This document shows positions 9,736 through 18,599 of a stretch of DNA of 64,000 nucleotides, piece by piece. This DNA comes from a virus. Taxonomy: Duplodnaviria; Caudoviricetes. The DNA is taken from the IMG/VR virus record IMGVR_UViG_3300027708_000013. One strand, written 5' to 3'. The notes under the pieces were generated by a model. It ran no database searches. It had not been told where the DNA came from and saw only the letters and a list, made by a program, of their open reading frames with translations. A program made the translations under genes and the position numbers. Each line of letters starts with the position of its first letter. The first letter of the stretch is position 1.

Positions 9736-10086
9736 TTATAAATTTTTAAGTAAGTTGTCTGTGATGGGTTGTACTGCTCGAGCAACATGGTCAACACTGA
9801 TAAAAAAGTCGACATTTTTTATAATGTCGTCTAGGGATTCTAATCGATCATTGATACGTTGTTCTAAATCTTCTGGTGCTACACCCTCGGCCAGTAGTTC
9901 TTGGATATCAATATCTACTTGGGTGCCATCTATTAGATTAACAGTGATTGCACGGAGTACAGATACTGGAGCTTGAGCCTTTTCGACTTCTGCCAGTATC
10001 TGTCGCCATTTGTCACGTTCGGTAATAGTTAACTTAAGCCGTTTGTTTTTTCGCGGGGGCTTTTTTGGCTTTGGTTGGTTTGACAT
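9736..10086 (-). CDS. Hypothetical protein
   Basis: 116 aa ORF in operon with abutting neighbours. Confidence 0.7.
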   Translation of the reverse strand: MSNQPKPKKPPRKNKRLKLTITERDKWRQILAEVEKAQAPVSVLRAITVNLIDGTQVDIDIQELLAEGVAPEDLEQRINDRLESLDDIIKNVDFFISVDHVARAVQPITDNLLKNL

Positions 10087-10714
10087 TTTTTGCAGGAGTA
10101 GTGAATTCGGCAGCTTCGAGTTCTAATCTCTCTGCTTCTTTTAATAAAGTCTGTGCATCTAATCGCATTTTGGCAGACTGTGCAATACGCTGACTGGCCA
10201 ACTGCTCGTCGGTCAACACATCACTGACAGTGGCAGTGCTGACTACAGCGGGCTGACTGCGACTTGCTGGACTTACACCCACTTCTCTTGGTTCACGACG
10301 TCCGGTCATTCCGGCATTGGCATCTAAATCAGCTAATTTTTTGATGGCCTCTTCGCCCTGGCTCATTTCGTTTAGGATTTTGTTTAATTCGTCCAAACGA
10401 ACTGTGCTTTTGGCATTGGGGGTAATGATGACTTGATTGGTATTCACCTTCTTTAACAGACCTTGAACATGCAGTGCTTCTAGACAGTTGCGTCCATCGG
10501 CCAACACATGACGAAACAGTGCATCGGCCAGTTCTGGACTGTTTTGTCCCACTGGGCTTTCCAACACCTTCATTACATCATCGTGAATCATCTGTGGTAA
10601 TGTGTCGCTGTAAATTACCAGGCACATGTGATCATCGCCGGGAATCTGACGATATGCTAATACAATTCTTTTGCCATTGTGCTTGCCAATGTGCTTGAGT
10701 ACGCCTTGTGCCAT
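10034..10714 (-). CDS. Hypothetical protein
   Basis: 226 aa ORF; SD GGAGA upstream. Confidence 0.75.
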   Translation of the reverse strand: MAQGVLKHIGKHNGKRIVLAYRQIPGDDHMCLVIYSDTLPQMIHDDVMKVLESPVGQNSPELADALFRHVLADGRNCLEALHVQGLLKKVNTNQVIITPNAKSTVRLDELNKILNEMSQGEEAIKKLADLDANAGMTGRREPREVGVSPASRSQPAVVSTATVSDVLTDEQLASQRIAQSAKMRLDAQTLLKEAERLELEAAEFTTPAKNVKPTKAKKAPAKKQTA

Positions 10715-10716
10715 GT

Positions 10717-10959
10717 TTATTCTCCTTGTGGTGGTGTTGTATCTGCTTCTGTATTAGGAGCAGTTGCAACACCTTGGGCTTGTAAAAATGCAGCTAAACG
10801 ATCATGTAAACCGCCAACTAAAGCCATTTCGTCTGCACGAATAGCACCACGTTGTGCTGTTACTTGAATAGTTTGTAAAGCCAGTGTAAGATCGCTCAAG
10901 GTCAACTGCGGTGCAGGTGCGTCTACTGGGGCTTGTGGTTGTTGTAATTCTTCTGACAT
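10717..10959 (-). CDS. Hypothetical protein
   Basis: 80 aa ORF; SD GGAGA; TAAATA motif upstream. Confidence 0.7.
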   Translation of the reverse strand: MSEELQQPQAPVDAPAPQLTLSDLTLALQTIQVTAQRGAIRADEMALVGGLHDRLAAFLQAQGVATAPNTEADTTPPQGE

Positions 10960-11026
10960 GTTATCTCCGTTTAAATAATTAACTACAGTTATTTAACCAG
11001 TGATGCCGGCCACGAAAAAATTTTTA

Positions 11027-11332
11027 TTAGAAAGGGTGATTGTCTGTATTAAACGTAGATAATACCAGTGCAAAGTAACTGGCTTCGCCGGCTGTTTCAA
11101 AGGCTGCTCGTTTTAAAAAACCTGTACTCAATGATATATCGATGGATTGCTGATTCGCCCATGATGCATCGCCGAAGTAAAATCTACCGTCAAGATTTGC
11201 CCAAATCCAGTCTGTGATGTCTTTGTCATCCACCAAGCACTCAAAATCCACTGGTGTGAAGTGTGGCGGACAGTGAGCCAACTGTCGTAGCCCAAACACT
11301 GCCAAGGGATTGGCATCGCCCAGTTTAAGCAT
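11027..11332 (-). CDS. Hypothetical protein
   Basis: 101 aa ORF coupled to the upstream gene. Confidence 0.65.
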   Translation of the reverse strand: MLKLGDANPLAVFGLRQLAHCPPHFTPVDFECLVDDKDITDWIWANLDGRFYFGDASWANQQSIDISLSTGFLKRAAFETAGEASYFALVLSTFNTDNHPF

Positions 11333-11678
11333 TTCCCGCGGCCTTTTTTGCCTGTTCAGTGATGGATTGGTTCAGTCGTTCCTGTGTGGCATCACTGACT
11401 TTACCAGTGATCACAGTGATATTTGGTTCATCTGATTGCGGATACTCCACAGTGATTTTATTCACCAACGCTGAATCTGCATCCAGTCTAAATCCACCAA
11501 TGATGTGCCACTGTGACGATGCTTCGGCGATTTCTGTGGCTCTAACCAAATCCTCCAGTCGCATTTCCAATTCCATGATGCGGGCAATGGCCTGATCCAT
11601 GTCCTCGGGTGCATTGTGATGAATGGGTTTTCTATCTACAGGCAAATCTTGTTTATCAACTGCTGTGTTATCGCTCAT
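11325..11678 (-). CDS. Hypothetical protein
   Basis: 117 aa ORF; ATGA overlap. Confidence 0.65.
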   Translation of the reverse strand: MSDNTAVDKQDLPVDRKPIHHNAPEDMDQAIARIMELEMRLEDLVRATEIAEASSQWHIIGGFRLDADSALVNKITVEYPQSDEPNITVITGKVSDATQERLNQSITEQAKKAAGNA

Positions 11679-12088
11679 GCTGTTCCTTGTGTTGTGTTTG
11701 ATTCATGTGGGGGTAATGCCAGTGCTTCAACTCCGCTTTTGTACCAAGCAGTCAAGGGTTCAACTCCCCGGGTCTGAGTCAATTTAATCATACAGCCATT
11801 CATGAACAAGGCTTGGTATTCAATCCAAGCATCTGCCTTGTAGCCACCACGAGGTTCATCTTCACGATAAAATCTTATCAAGCCATCGAATTCGTCGCAC
11901 AGTACCCAGCGTTCATTGGACTTTGTCAATCCGCCACCAAATATACCTTCACCATCTTCCCACTCTGCATCATATTCCTCGTACCACAGCTGATGGTTTT
12001 CAATTTTATAATTGTCCAATGCCTGAGCCGGAGTGTCTTTGGTTTGATACTCGCGTCCTTCAAAATTTAAAAGATCAAACATTCCCAT
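11675..12088 (-). CDS. Hypothetical protein
   Basis: 137 aa acidic/aromatic ORF. Confidence 0.65.
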   Translation of the reverse strand: MGMFDLLNFEGREYQTKDTPAQALDNYKIENHQLWYEEYDAEWEDGEGIFGGGLTKSNERWVLCDEFDGLIRFYREDEPRGGYKADAWIEYQALFMNGCMIKLTQTRGVEPLTAWYKSGVEALALPPHESNTTQGTA

Positions 12089-12108
12089 TTAAGATTTTCT
12101 TTCTGCAA

Positions 12109-12300
12109 TCATAGTCTACCTACGTCTTGGGCCAGTCTATCTATTGCCGCTTGCGAAATCTGTACAATGGTGCTGGGAGGGCAGTTGGCAAGTGCTTCTA
12201 TGGCCAAAGCTATTTGCAACAGCTCCATTCGTTTAATTGTGCTGGATCCAGTATCAATTTCGTTAATTGGTGACATCACGTTTGATGATTCGATTTTCAT
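12109..12300 (-). CDS. Small hypothetical protein
   Basis: ATG 12300 with GGAGA SD overlaps the stop of 12297..12530; shorter than the ORF-track call. Confidence 0.5.
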   Translation of the reverse strand: MKIESSNVMSPINEIDTGSSTIKRMELLQIALAIEALANCPPSTIVQISQAAIDRLAQDVGRL

Positions 12301-12530
12301 TGTTTTAAAGTCTCCCATATCAGTGTTGGATCGGTTCGCGGAACAGAGGCCACTGGCCGTATCCACCGTTGTTCAACGGCCAAGGCTATGACATCTGCAT
12401 AATACGGGGGGCAGTTTTTAGCGATTTCAATTGCGGCACGGCCGGTCACTGCAACATCACCCTGCAGTTGGAAACTGACATCACCGGGACGCAGTTCGAC
12501 CCATGGAGTTTGTTGTACAGTGATGGTCAT
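12297..12530 (-). CDS. Hypothetical protein
   Basis: 77 aa ORF, TAATG-coupled to the VWA gene. Confidence 0.6.
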   Translation of the reverse strand: MTITVQQTPWVELRPGDVSFQLQGDVAVTGRAAIEIAKNCPPYYADVIALAVEQRWIRPVASVPRTDPTLIWETLKQ

Positions 12531-13774
12531 TATTCAACGTCCTCATAGTGTACTCCCACTCCAAACTCAGGTTCTGCTGAAGGATTACCTTTGATAATCC
12601 ATACCGTATCACAGTAGTTTTCTACTTCGCTGGGATTCCAGCCAAAGAAGCAGTAGTCAGTAAACATGATCAACTTCTTGGGTTCAATGCCCTGCTCAAT
12701 CAAGTAGTTCCAAACACAGTGTGGATCTGTACCACCACCACCTTTGGGGTCAAAACTGGTAATATCTTCCAAGTTATCACTGGTGAATTCACCTACACCA
12801 CCAATCTCAGTGTCCCAACCCAGCACAGTGATTTTGTATTCACTGTAGGCTTCCATGATGCCTTTGATCTCGCTAAAGAATATTTTCAACTCTGCGGCGC
12901 CAATACTGCCCGAAGTGTCAATGCCAATCACAACATCAATCTGTTCGCCTGGCTTCATACCTGGCAGTATAGCATCCATGCCCCAGCCCTTGCGATTCAT
13001 TCTACCAAAGGTATAGTCTTGTTTGATGGTGCTTTGGATCTGTTGTTGAATCAATTCCTGCCAAGAAATTCTCGGTTCAGTTAAATCTTTAATAAGTCTT
13101 TTGACACCGCCGGGTATGTTGCCAGCACCTGCGGCCTGTGCCGCTTGCAACACAGCATCTTTGATTTCGTCACGTATGGCTTGACGTTCACTGGCAGACA
13201 GTTTGGGACGACCTTTGCCTTCGCCCTCGCCGTCCTCGCCCTCACCATCATCACCATCCAAGTGCTCGTCCAACATCTGTTTCAACAAAGATTCAATGTC
13301 AAGTTTGGTGGCGTTTTTGTACAAGTCATCGTACACTTCTTCGGCACTCATGCCACGATATTTGGTATTGTATAAACCAATTGGAATACGCTCGCCAATA
13401 CGCTGTTCTTCTAAATCAGCATTGACACAGTAGTCATCGGCAATGTTCCACAGTTTAGGATCTCTGCTGTCTCTACGTCCCATGTGATCGTATACCACGT
13501 GCAACACTTCATGCCCAACTAAAAATTCCACCTGCTTTAGTGGCATTTTATTGACAAATTCGCTGTTGTAGTACAATCTTCTACCGTCGGTTGCGGCAGT
13601 GGCACACCAAGCATCGGCATTGACCAACTGCATACGTGTGGCTAGATTACCAAAGAACGGAGCCTTGAGTAGTAAACCAATACGTGCAGTGATGAATTTT
13701 TCACGTGCGGCCTCGTCAATTCTTGGATCAGTCACTGTCACGGGTTTTACGGCTTGTAGTGTTGTCATATGCAA
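12530..13774 (-). CDS. DUF2201-like metallopeptidase (HExxH) plus VWA domain protein
   Basis: TAATDGRRLYYN, GHEVLH, MIDAS-like DTSGS, GGGGTD. Confidence 0.88.
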   Translation of the reverse strand: MHMTTLQAVKPVTVTDPRIDEAAREKFITARIGLLLKAPFFGNLATRMQLVNADAWCATAATDGRRLYYNSEFVNKMPLKQVEFLVGHEVLHVVYDHMGRRDSRDPKLWNIADDYCVNADLEEQRIGERIPIGLYNTKYRGMSAEEVYDDLYKNATKLDIESLLKQMLDEHLDGDDGEGEDGEGEGKGRPKLSASERQAIRDEIKDAVLQAAQAAGAGNIPGGVKRLIKDLTEPRISWQELIQQQIQSTIKQDYTFGRMNRKGWGMDAILPGMKPGEQIDVVIGIDTSGSIGAAELKIFFSEIKGIMEAYSEYKITVLGWDTEIGGVGEFTSDNLEDITSFDPKGGGGTDPHCVWNYLIEQGIEPKKLIMFTDYCFFGWNPSEVENYCDTVWIIKGNPSAEPEFGVGVHYEDVE

Positions 13775-13896
13775 TTCCTTATTCTATACTAGTATTATAC
13801 TACTTTTCAATTCTCAATGTGTTGTATTTACACTGCAAATAAATTGGAGGACTTACGGCCAATTCTACCTGCCTCCGGCTCAGAGACCGGCTGATC

Positions 13897-14997
13897 TTAC
13901 TTACCGCTTGCGGCAATGATGTACTTACCAAATCTCTTGTGGAATTCGTTGAAGTTAGGCATCTTGCCCGGTACCATTGGTAAGTTGTATGTGGTTAACG
14001 CAACTCTAGCACCCATAACAACAACTTCAGTGGTAAAATTATCCATCATAAACTTCAAGAAACGATCCGCTTGGGCATGCCATTCTGCCAAGTTGGTAGC
14101 GCCAGACTTCTTAAATCTTTCCTGCAATTCATAGCATAAACTAATGGTCAATGAATACATGGCCGAAATTTCTTTGGTCTTTAATTCAGTGGTCTTGCCA
14201 CTTAAAATATCGTCTGGCTTGGGCATGGAACTTGACACCTTGCGATGTGCCATGAACTTGAGAGCAAGTCCTTCGCCCACAGTACCAGCAATCAAGTCAG
14301 TGAGTTCAGCATCAGTGGCATCTTCATCATCCAAGAACTGACTTACAAATGTCCACGATCTTGGTGTAGCAAATGCACGGCTTGAGCTTTTTGGATCAAA
14401 GTCAAACAGGTCCTGTTTGGCAAAGGTCAAGTAACCCACTACATCTTGGTGTACATAATTCTTCACACTCCAAGCGAACCATGAATCAAAGTCCTTACGC
14501 ATTTCCAAGTGTACGAAACGATTGGCAAGCGGAGTAGGCATACGATAGGTGACACCTTTGTCGCTTTCTCTGTTACCCGCCGCCACCATGACTACGTTTT
14601 TAGGCAGGACATACTTGCCACTGCGACGATTCAAAATAAGTTGATAACCTGCGGCCTGTACACTGGGCGCCGCTGAGTTCATTTCGTCCAAGAACAACAC
14701 CACGATGGGGTACTGGCTGGCCAATTCTTCGCTAGGCAAGTCAATTGGAGGAGCCCAATCCATAACTTCTTTGTTCTTGTTGAAGAATGGGATACCACGA
14801 ATATCTGTGGGTTCCATCTGACTCAGTCGCAAGTCAATCATGTGTCCGCCCAATTCTTCTGTTATTTCGGCGATGATTTCGCTTTTACCAATACCTGGAG
14901 GGCCCCATAAAAATACTGGACGTTGTTTTTTGAAACAGCGTAAAATTCTACTGCGAGCATCGTTGGGGCTAACGGTTCTATTTTCAGTCACTGACAT
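13897..14997 (-). CDS. MoxR-type AAA+ ATPase
   Basis: GPPGIGKS (Walker A), LFLDEMN (Walker B), AAGNR, PLANRF, ATPRSW. Confidence 0.92.
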   Translation of the reverse strand: MSVTENRTVSPNDARSRILRCFKKQRPVFLWGPPGIGKSEIIAEITEELGGHMIDLRLSQMEPTDIRGIPFFNKNKEVMDWAPPIDLPSEELASQYPIVVLFLDEMNSAAPSVQAAGYQLILNRRSGKYVLPKNVVMVAAGNRESDKGVTYRMPTPLANRFVHLEMRKDFDSWFAWSVKNYVHQDVVGYLTFAKQDLFDFDPKSSSRAFATPRSWTFVSQFLDDEDATDAELTDLIAGTVGEGLALKFMAHRKVSSSMPKPDDILSGKTTELKTKEISAMYSLTISLCYELQERFKKSGATNLAEWHAQADRFLKFMMDNFTTEVVVMGARVALTTYNLPMVPGKMPNFNEFHKRFGKYIIAASGK

Positions 14998-15063
14998 AAT
15001 TACTTTCCTTTTGTTAATTGTTACTACTATTATATACGAATACTAATTCCTGGTCTGTGGCTT

Positions 15064-15396
15064 TTATGCTACTGAGTAAAATTCGGCATCCAATCTGGCC
15101 GACAGTTCTGCCTGTTCGCGACTGCGTTCATCGGCCAACCATTTGGCATGCATGGCTGACTCTTCATCTGACTCTTCAATCACCCAACCCGCGGCACGAA
15201 GTTCTTCGCGACCAGCAAAGGTTGCCTTCATGCGATCCATACAATCATGGATACTATTAATGCTGGACTCCAACCACTCACGACTACGCCATTGTTCCGG
15301 GGTAGCCGAACGTGGACGAGAACCGTAAAAATCCTTGTGGAAATCGCTGAAATAACCTTGTAATTCTTCTACTGAGTATTGGGCTAATGTATTCAT
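15064..15396 (-). CDS. Hypothetical early protein
   Basis: SD AAGGAG; directly downstream of the promoter at 15428-15456. Confidence 0.75.
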   Translation of the reverse strand: MNTLAQYSVEELQGYFSDFHKDFYGSRPRSATPEQWRSREWLESSINSIHDCMDRMKATFAGREELRAAGWVIEESDEESAMHAKWLADERSREQAELSARLDAEFYSVA

Positions 15397-15427
15397 CGAC
15401 TGCTCCTTAAAATTTAACTATACATAT

Positions 15428-15456
15428 ATTATAACAAATCTGGAATTCTGGGTCAA
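15428..15456 (-). promoter_or_regulatory. Sigma70 promoter, TTGACC-17-TATAAT with extended TG
   Basis: -35 at 15451-15456, -10 at 15428-15433. Confidence 0.85.
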
Positions 15457-15731
15457 CCAAACGGCTGATTTTTAAAATAAACTGTAAACGCACGGGCATC
15501 TGCTTTGTGGGTGTCTTGTTGCTGAGCATGCGGTCCACGATAACGAATTCTAACCCGATAGCCCAACTGAGTCAATCCCGATTTCACTGCGTTGTAATGT
15601 TTGATCGGTATCATACGCAGGTCAGGATTGGTGCTGGCCACCTCATACAATTCCACAAACCCAGCAACAAAACTTTGAGTTACAAGATTTGTTGTTGGCA
15701 CTTGTGTATTTTCTGGGCGATAAGTGTACAT
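15453..15731 (-). CDS. Hypothetical early protein
   Basis: 92 aa ORF abutting the upstream gene. Confidence 0.65.
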   Translation of the reverse strand: MYTYRPENTQVPTTNLVTQSFVAGFVELYEVASTNPDLRMIPIKHYNAVKSGLTQLGYRVRIRYRGPHAQQQDTHKADARAFTVYFKNQPFG

Positions 15732-15732
15732 G

Positions 15733-16200
15733 TTAGTTAGCCTCGTACACTGCCTTCAACTGCTTCATAAATTCAGCACGTAATTTGCCTGCTTCTTTTG
15801 GGCTGATTGTGTCTTTTTCATACTTGACCCGGCGGTCAGTGCCTGGGATTGTTTTATAAACAAAATCGCCGGCCTGTGCAACTTTAACAGTGTTTTTACC
15901 TACGGCAACTGCCCGGGGCTTTTTAACTGTTTTAGTCTTAGCAACAGTGCTTTCATCTTTGATCAAACCTTCCAACAAAGCCGCCGCTTCCACTGTATTA
16001 AAATTTGAATAACGATCTACTAAGTTAGCAAGTACATACCGAGCGGCATCATTTTTAGTCATTGCAGTAGGCAAAATTGTCATACAAATGTCAGTATCGC
16101 CTAATTTGGCCAACTGCTGAGCACGACCAATGTCGTTGGCAGTACGGAATTTTAAACTACCGTTTAAACGGCTAAATCCTGCAAAAGTTACTGTACTCAT
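15733..16200 (-). CDS. Hypothetical early protein, Lys-rich C-terminus
   Basis: SD AAGGAG; downstream of the promoter at 16231-16259. Confidence 0.8.
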   Translation of the reverse strand: MSTVTFAGFSRLNGSLKFRTANDIGRAQQLAKLGDTDICMTILPTAMTKNDAARYVLANLVDRYSNFNTVEAAALLEGLIKDESTVAKTKTVKKPRAVAVGKNTVKVAQAGDFVYKTIPGTDRRVKYEKDTISPKEAGKLRAEFMKQLKAVYEAN

Positions 16201-16230
16201 TTAACACTCCTTTTTGTTTACTATACTAAT

Positions 16231-16259
16231 ATTATAACAAACCCTGAATTATGGGTCAA
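16231..16259 (-). promoter_or_regulatory. Sigma70 promoter, TTGACC-17-TATAAT
   Basis: -35 at 16254-16259, -10 at 16231-16236. Confidence 0.85.
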
Positions 16260-16399
16260 CCAAAAAGCTCACGATTTTGATGCTTTTCTTGACGTTTGAA
16301 ACGTGTTTTCAACTCCACTGTACGGCTACGAAAAGGGCTGTTGTTCATAAACAACACTCTATGAGCACGGGTTTTTTGGGGTTTTTGTTTAATTTTCAT
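16256..16399 (-). CDS. Basic 47-aa peptide, ArfA-like
   Basis: ATG 16399 lies just after the promoter. SPFRSRTVE...FKRQEKH resembles ArfA PLFRQRVE...YxRKxKH. Confidence 0.5.
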   Translation of the reverse strand: MKIKQKPQKTRAHRVLFMNNSPFRSRTVELKTRFKRQEKHQNRELFG

Positions 16400-16408
16400 A
16401 ATACAGTT

Positions 16409-16437
16409 ATTATACGGTATTGCGAATTCTGGGTCAA
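16409..16437 (-). promoter_or_regulatory. Sigma70 promoter, TTGACC-17-TATAAT
   Basis: -35 at 16432-16437, -10 at 16409-16414. Confidence 0.85.
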
Positions 16438-16440
16438 CCA

Positions 16441-16467
16441 AAAGAAAAGCCCCACGAAGGAGCTTTT
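16441..16467 (-). terminator. Intrinsic terminator
   Basis: Minus strand AAAAGCTCC-TTCGT-GGGGCTTTT followed by CTTT. Confidence 0.8.
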
Positions 16468-16494
16468 ATTATTAATTTTAGTACTAATTTTTAG

Positions 16495-17547
16495 TTATTT
16501 TTTGCCGATATATTCGTGACTGTAACAAATACGATAAGCATCTCTAACAGTGGTGGTACCACCATATCCCGGCATCTTACGTGCAGAGCCATCGGAATTG
16601 AGATAACTACCTGTCCTGCTTTTCTTGTTCATTGAAGTGGCTCGCCATAATGGTGACTTTTCTCTGTGTTCACCAAATGATGGGTGTGCAGTTTTAGAAA
16701 AGTATCGTAATCCACGACTGACATAGATTTCAGCAATGGCGTCCGAGAAGGCTGTGCCTATGCCCATGCCTTGGAACTCGGGCAAGATCACTGTCCTGTG
16801 ACCACGCCAGTAACTATGTATATCTCTATTGGTTGAATGTATCGCGGCATGAAACCCAATGGGCTTGTTGCCCAACAACAGTACATAGTAGTGAGCACTC
16901 TTTGAGATAGCAGTGTCTAGATAGTGATACTTACCAAAATATTGCCAATAGTCTCGACTTGTGCTTTGGATGGTAAGCGTAATCTTGGGTCTTGTTCCCA
17001 TTGGAAGAAGTGACCTCCGATTTTCTAAGACACAGAGATCTGTGTCATAAACGTAGTCGGGATCAAGCCATTCTACTATGTCTCTGTGGCATGACGCAAT
17101 GTAAAGTGCAGACTTTTCTGTTTGCCGGTCATAAAACTTACGCATACTCAATGCAAGACTTTTAGCAGTATCCCTGTCCACTACTGACGTAAACTCATCT
17201 ATTTTGTTGATGCCTTGGTCCAAGCACTGGGCCATTTCAAATCTGTGGCGCTCGCCATTGCTCAGTGTTGACACAGGGCGGAACCATGCTGGTATTGATC
17301 TTAATCCGCAGGCCAATAATAATTCTTCTCCACGCTCGGCTGTAGAGAAATTACTTATAACCCACGCTTCGTCGTCAATGTAAGGTTGTTTGAGTTCTCC
17401 AATGTTGCGTAGGATTGTGCTCTTACCCGAACCCGATGTGCCTACAATCAGCACAATACCTTCTTGTGGCAGATCAGGGATAGCGACCGCAGATTCTTGA
17501 TAATCTTTGATATCGTATTTTGTTTTAATGGTTTCTAAGTAGCTCAT
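16495..17547 (-). CDS. ABC-type ATPase fused to a GNAT acetyltransferase
   Basis: GTSGSGKS, LSNGERHR, IDEFTS and SCH; C-terminal RTVILPEFQGMGIG acetyl-CoA motif. Confidence 0.88.
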   Translation of the reverse strand: MSYLETIKTKYDIKDYQESAVAIPDLPQEGIVLIVGTSGSGKSTILRNIGELKQPYIDDEAWVISNFSTAERGEELLLACGLRSIPAWFRPVSTLSNGERHRFEMAQCLDQGINKIDEFTSVVDRDTAKSLALSMRKFYDRQTEKSALYIASCHRDIVEWLDPDYVYDTDLCVLENRRSLLPMGTRPKITLTIQSTSRDYWQYFGKYHYLDTAISKSAHYYVLLLGNKPIGFHAAIHSTNRDIHSYWRGHRTVILPEFQGMGIGTAFSDAIAEIYVSRGLRYFSKTAHPSFGEHREKSPLWRATSMNKKSRTGSYLNSDGSARKMPGYGGTTTVRDAYRICYSHEYIGKK

Positions 17548-17548
17548 A

Positions 17549-18106
17549 TTATATAATCAAATGTTTAAAATAATTGTAATGGTCTTCCAGGGTCCAAGCC
17601 AATGGATCAATAGCCGTTCCGTCGTGCGTCTGGTAGGTGGCCGAAAAAACATTTGAATACCGTACAAATGGCAACCAAATATTTGGAGTACGACTGGCCC
17701 ACCCGGTTTCCTTTAGTTCCTTGTGTTTAGCACGACTCAATTTAACCGTGGGCGAATTAAGTGCTTGCTTGATTGTGATGGTCTTGGATAATAATAAATC
17801 ACGAATGATTTTCTCCGGAATCAAATGCTCAAAATCGCATTTTTTGTCGGCTCCAATTTCATGATAGTGTGCTTGCATACCATCTCGTTGTTCGATGCAA
17901 TATCCATGATATCTGCGTAAATTGTCATCAATTTCATTGCGAATTTCTCGTAATTCTTGTTGATCGTTTTTCACAGCATGGTATTCATCAAGCAAGCGGC
18001 CAAGATTTCTAGTACAACGACGGGCCACTGTTTGATAAGTTTCAGGGGTACGTTTGGTTTTGCCATAATTGGGTACTATGAACTTTTCTAATGACTCCTT
18101 AAGCAT
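17549..18106 (-). CDS. Hypothetical protein, possible HNH-like nuclease
   Basis: CDFEHLIP...LSRAKH resembles a His-Me finger; weak. Confidence 0.45.
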   Translation of the reverse strand: MLKESLEKFIVPNYGKTKRTPETYQTVARRCTRNLGRLLDEYHAVKNDQQELREIRNEIDDNLRRYHGYCIEQRDGMQAHYHEIGADKKCDFEHLIPEKIIRDLLLSKTITIKQALNSPTVKLSRAKHKELKETGWASRTPNIWLPFVRYSNVFSATYQTHDGTAIDPLAWTLEDHYNYFKHLII

Positions 18107-18599
18107 TGGCCAATCCCCATAAATCTTCTCCGAACAGGCGTCTGATCAGAATTTGTTCTGGCTCGTCACCCCAATTATTTTTTACAATTTTATTGCACCA
18201 TGCTCGAGCATGGTCTTCGCTAGGCACCTTAAACGGGCATGATCCAAAAGAAGTTGCTATGTACGGTTTTTCAAGAACTATTTCTTTGATATGTAATTCA
18301 TCTTGTTTAATCTGATTTCTTATGTAGTCAAAAAGCATTTTTTCCTTAACTTGAAATAATTCTGTACGACAGTCGCCAACTAGACTTGTTCCTGAACAAT
18401 AATCAAAATTCTTTTTAACTCTTGATTCTAATTTTTCAATGTGGCTGGCTCGGCCAAAAAACAAATAATCAAGTCCAACAGTGTTCCAACAATTTCTTTG
18501 TCTCAATCGAACAGCCGACCAAGGAGTCAACGCCTTTCCTACTTTCCATACATCTGCTTGGCCGGTTAAATCTTTGTGTGCATATAAAAAATGGCTCAT
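18099..18599 (-). CDS. GIY-YIG / T5orf172-like protein
   Basis: LYAH...WKVGKA...VRLRQ...KLESRVKKNF...TELF pattern. Confidence 0.5.
   Translation of the reverse strand: MSHFLYAHKDLTGQADVWKVGKALTPWSAVRLRQRNCWNTVGLDYLFFGRASHIEKLESRVKKNFDYCSGTSLVGDCRTELFQVKEKMLFDYIRNQIKQDELHIKEIVLEKPYIATSFGSCPFKVPSEDHARAWCNKIVKNNWGDEPEQILIRRLFGEDLWGLANA

Noticed and set aside
18099-18599. Free-standing homing endonuclease insertion
   Set aside because: It is embedded and translationally coupled in a four-gene operon with its own promoter and terminator, not next to a conserved target gene.
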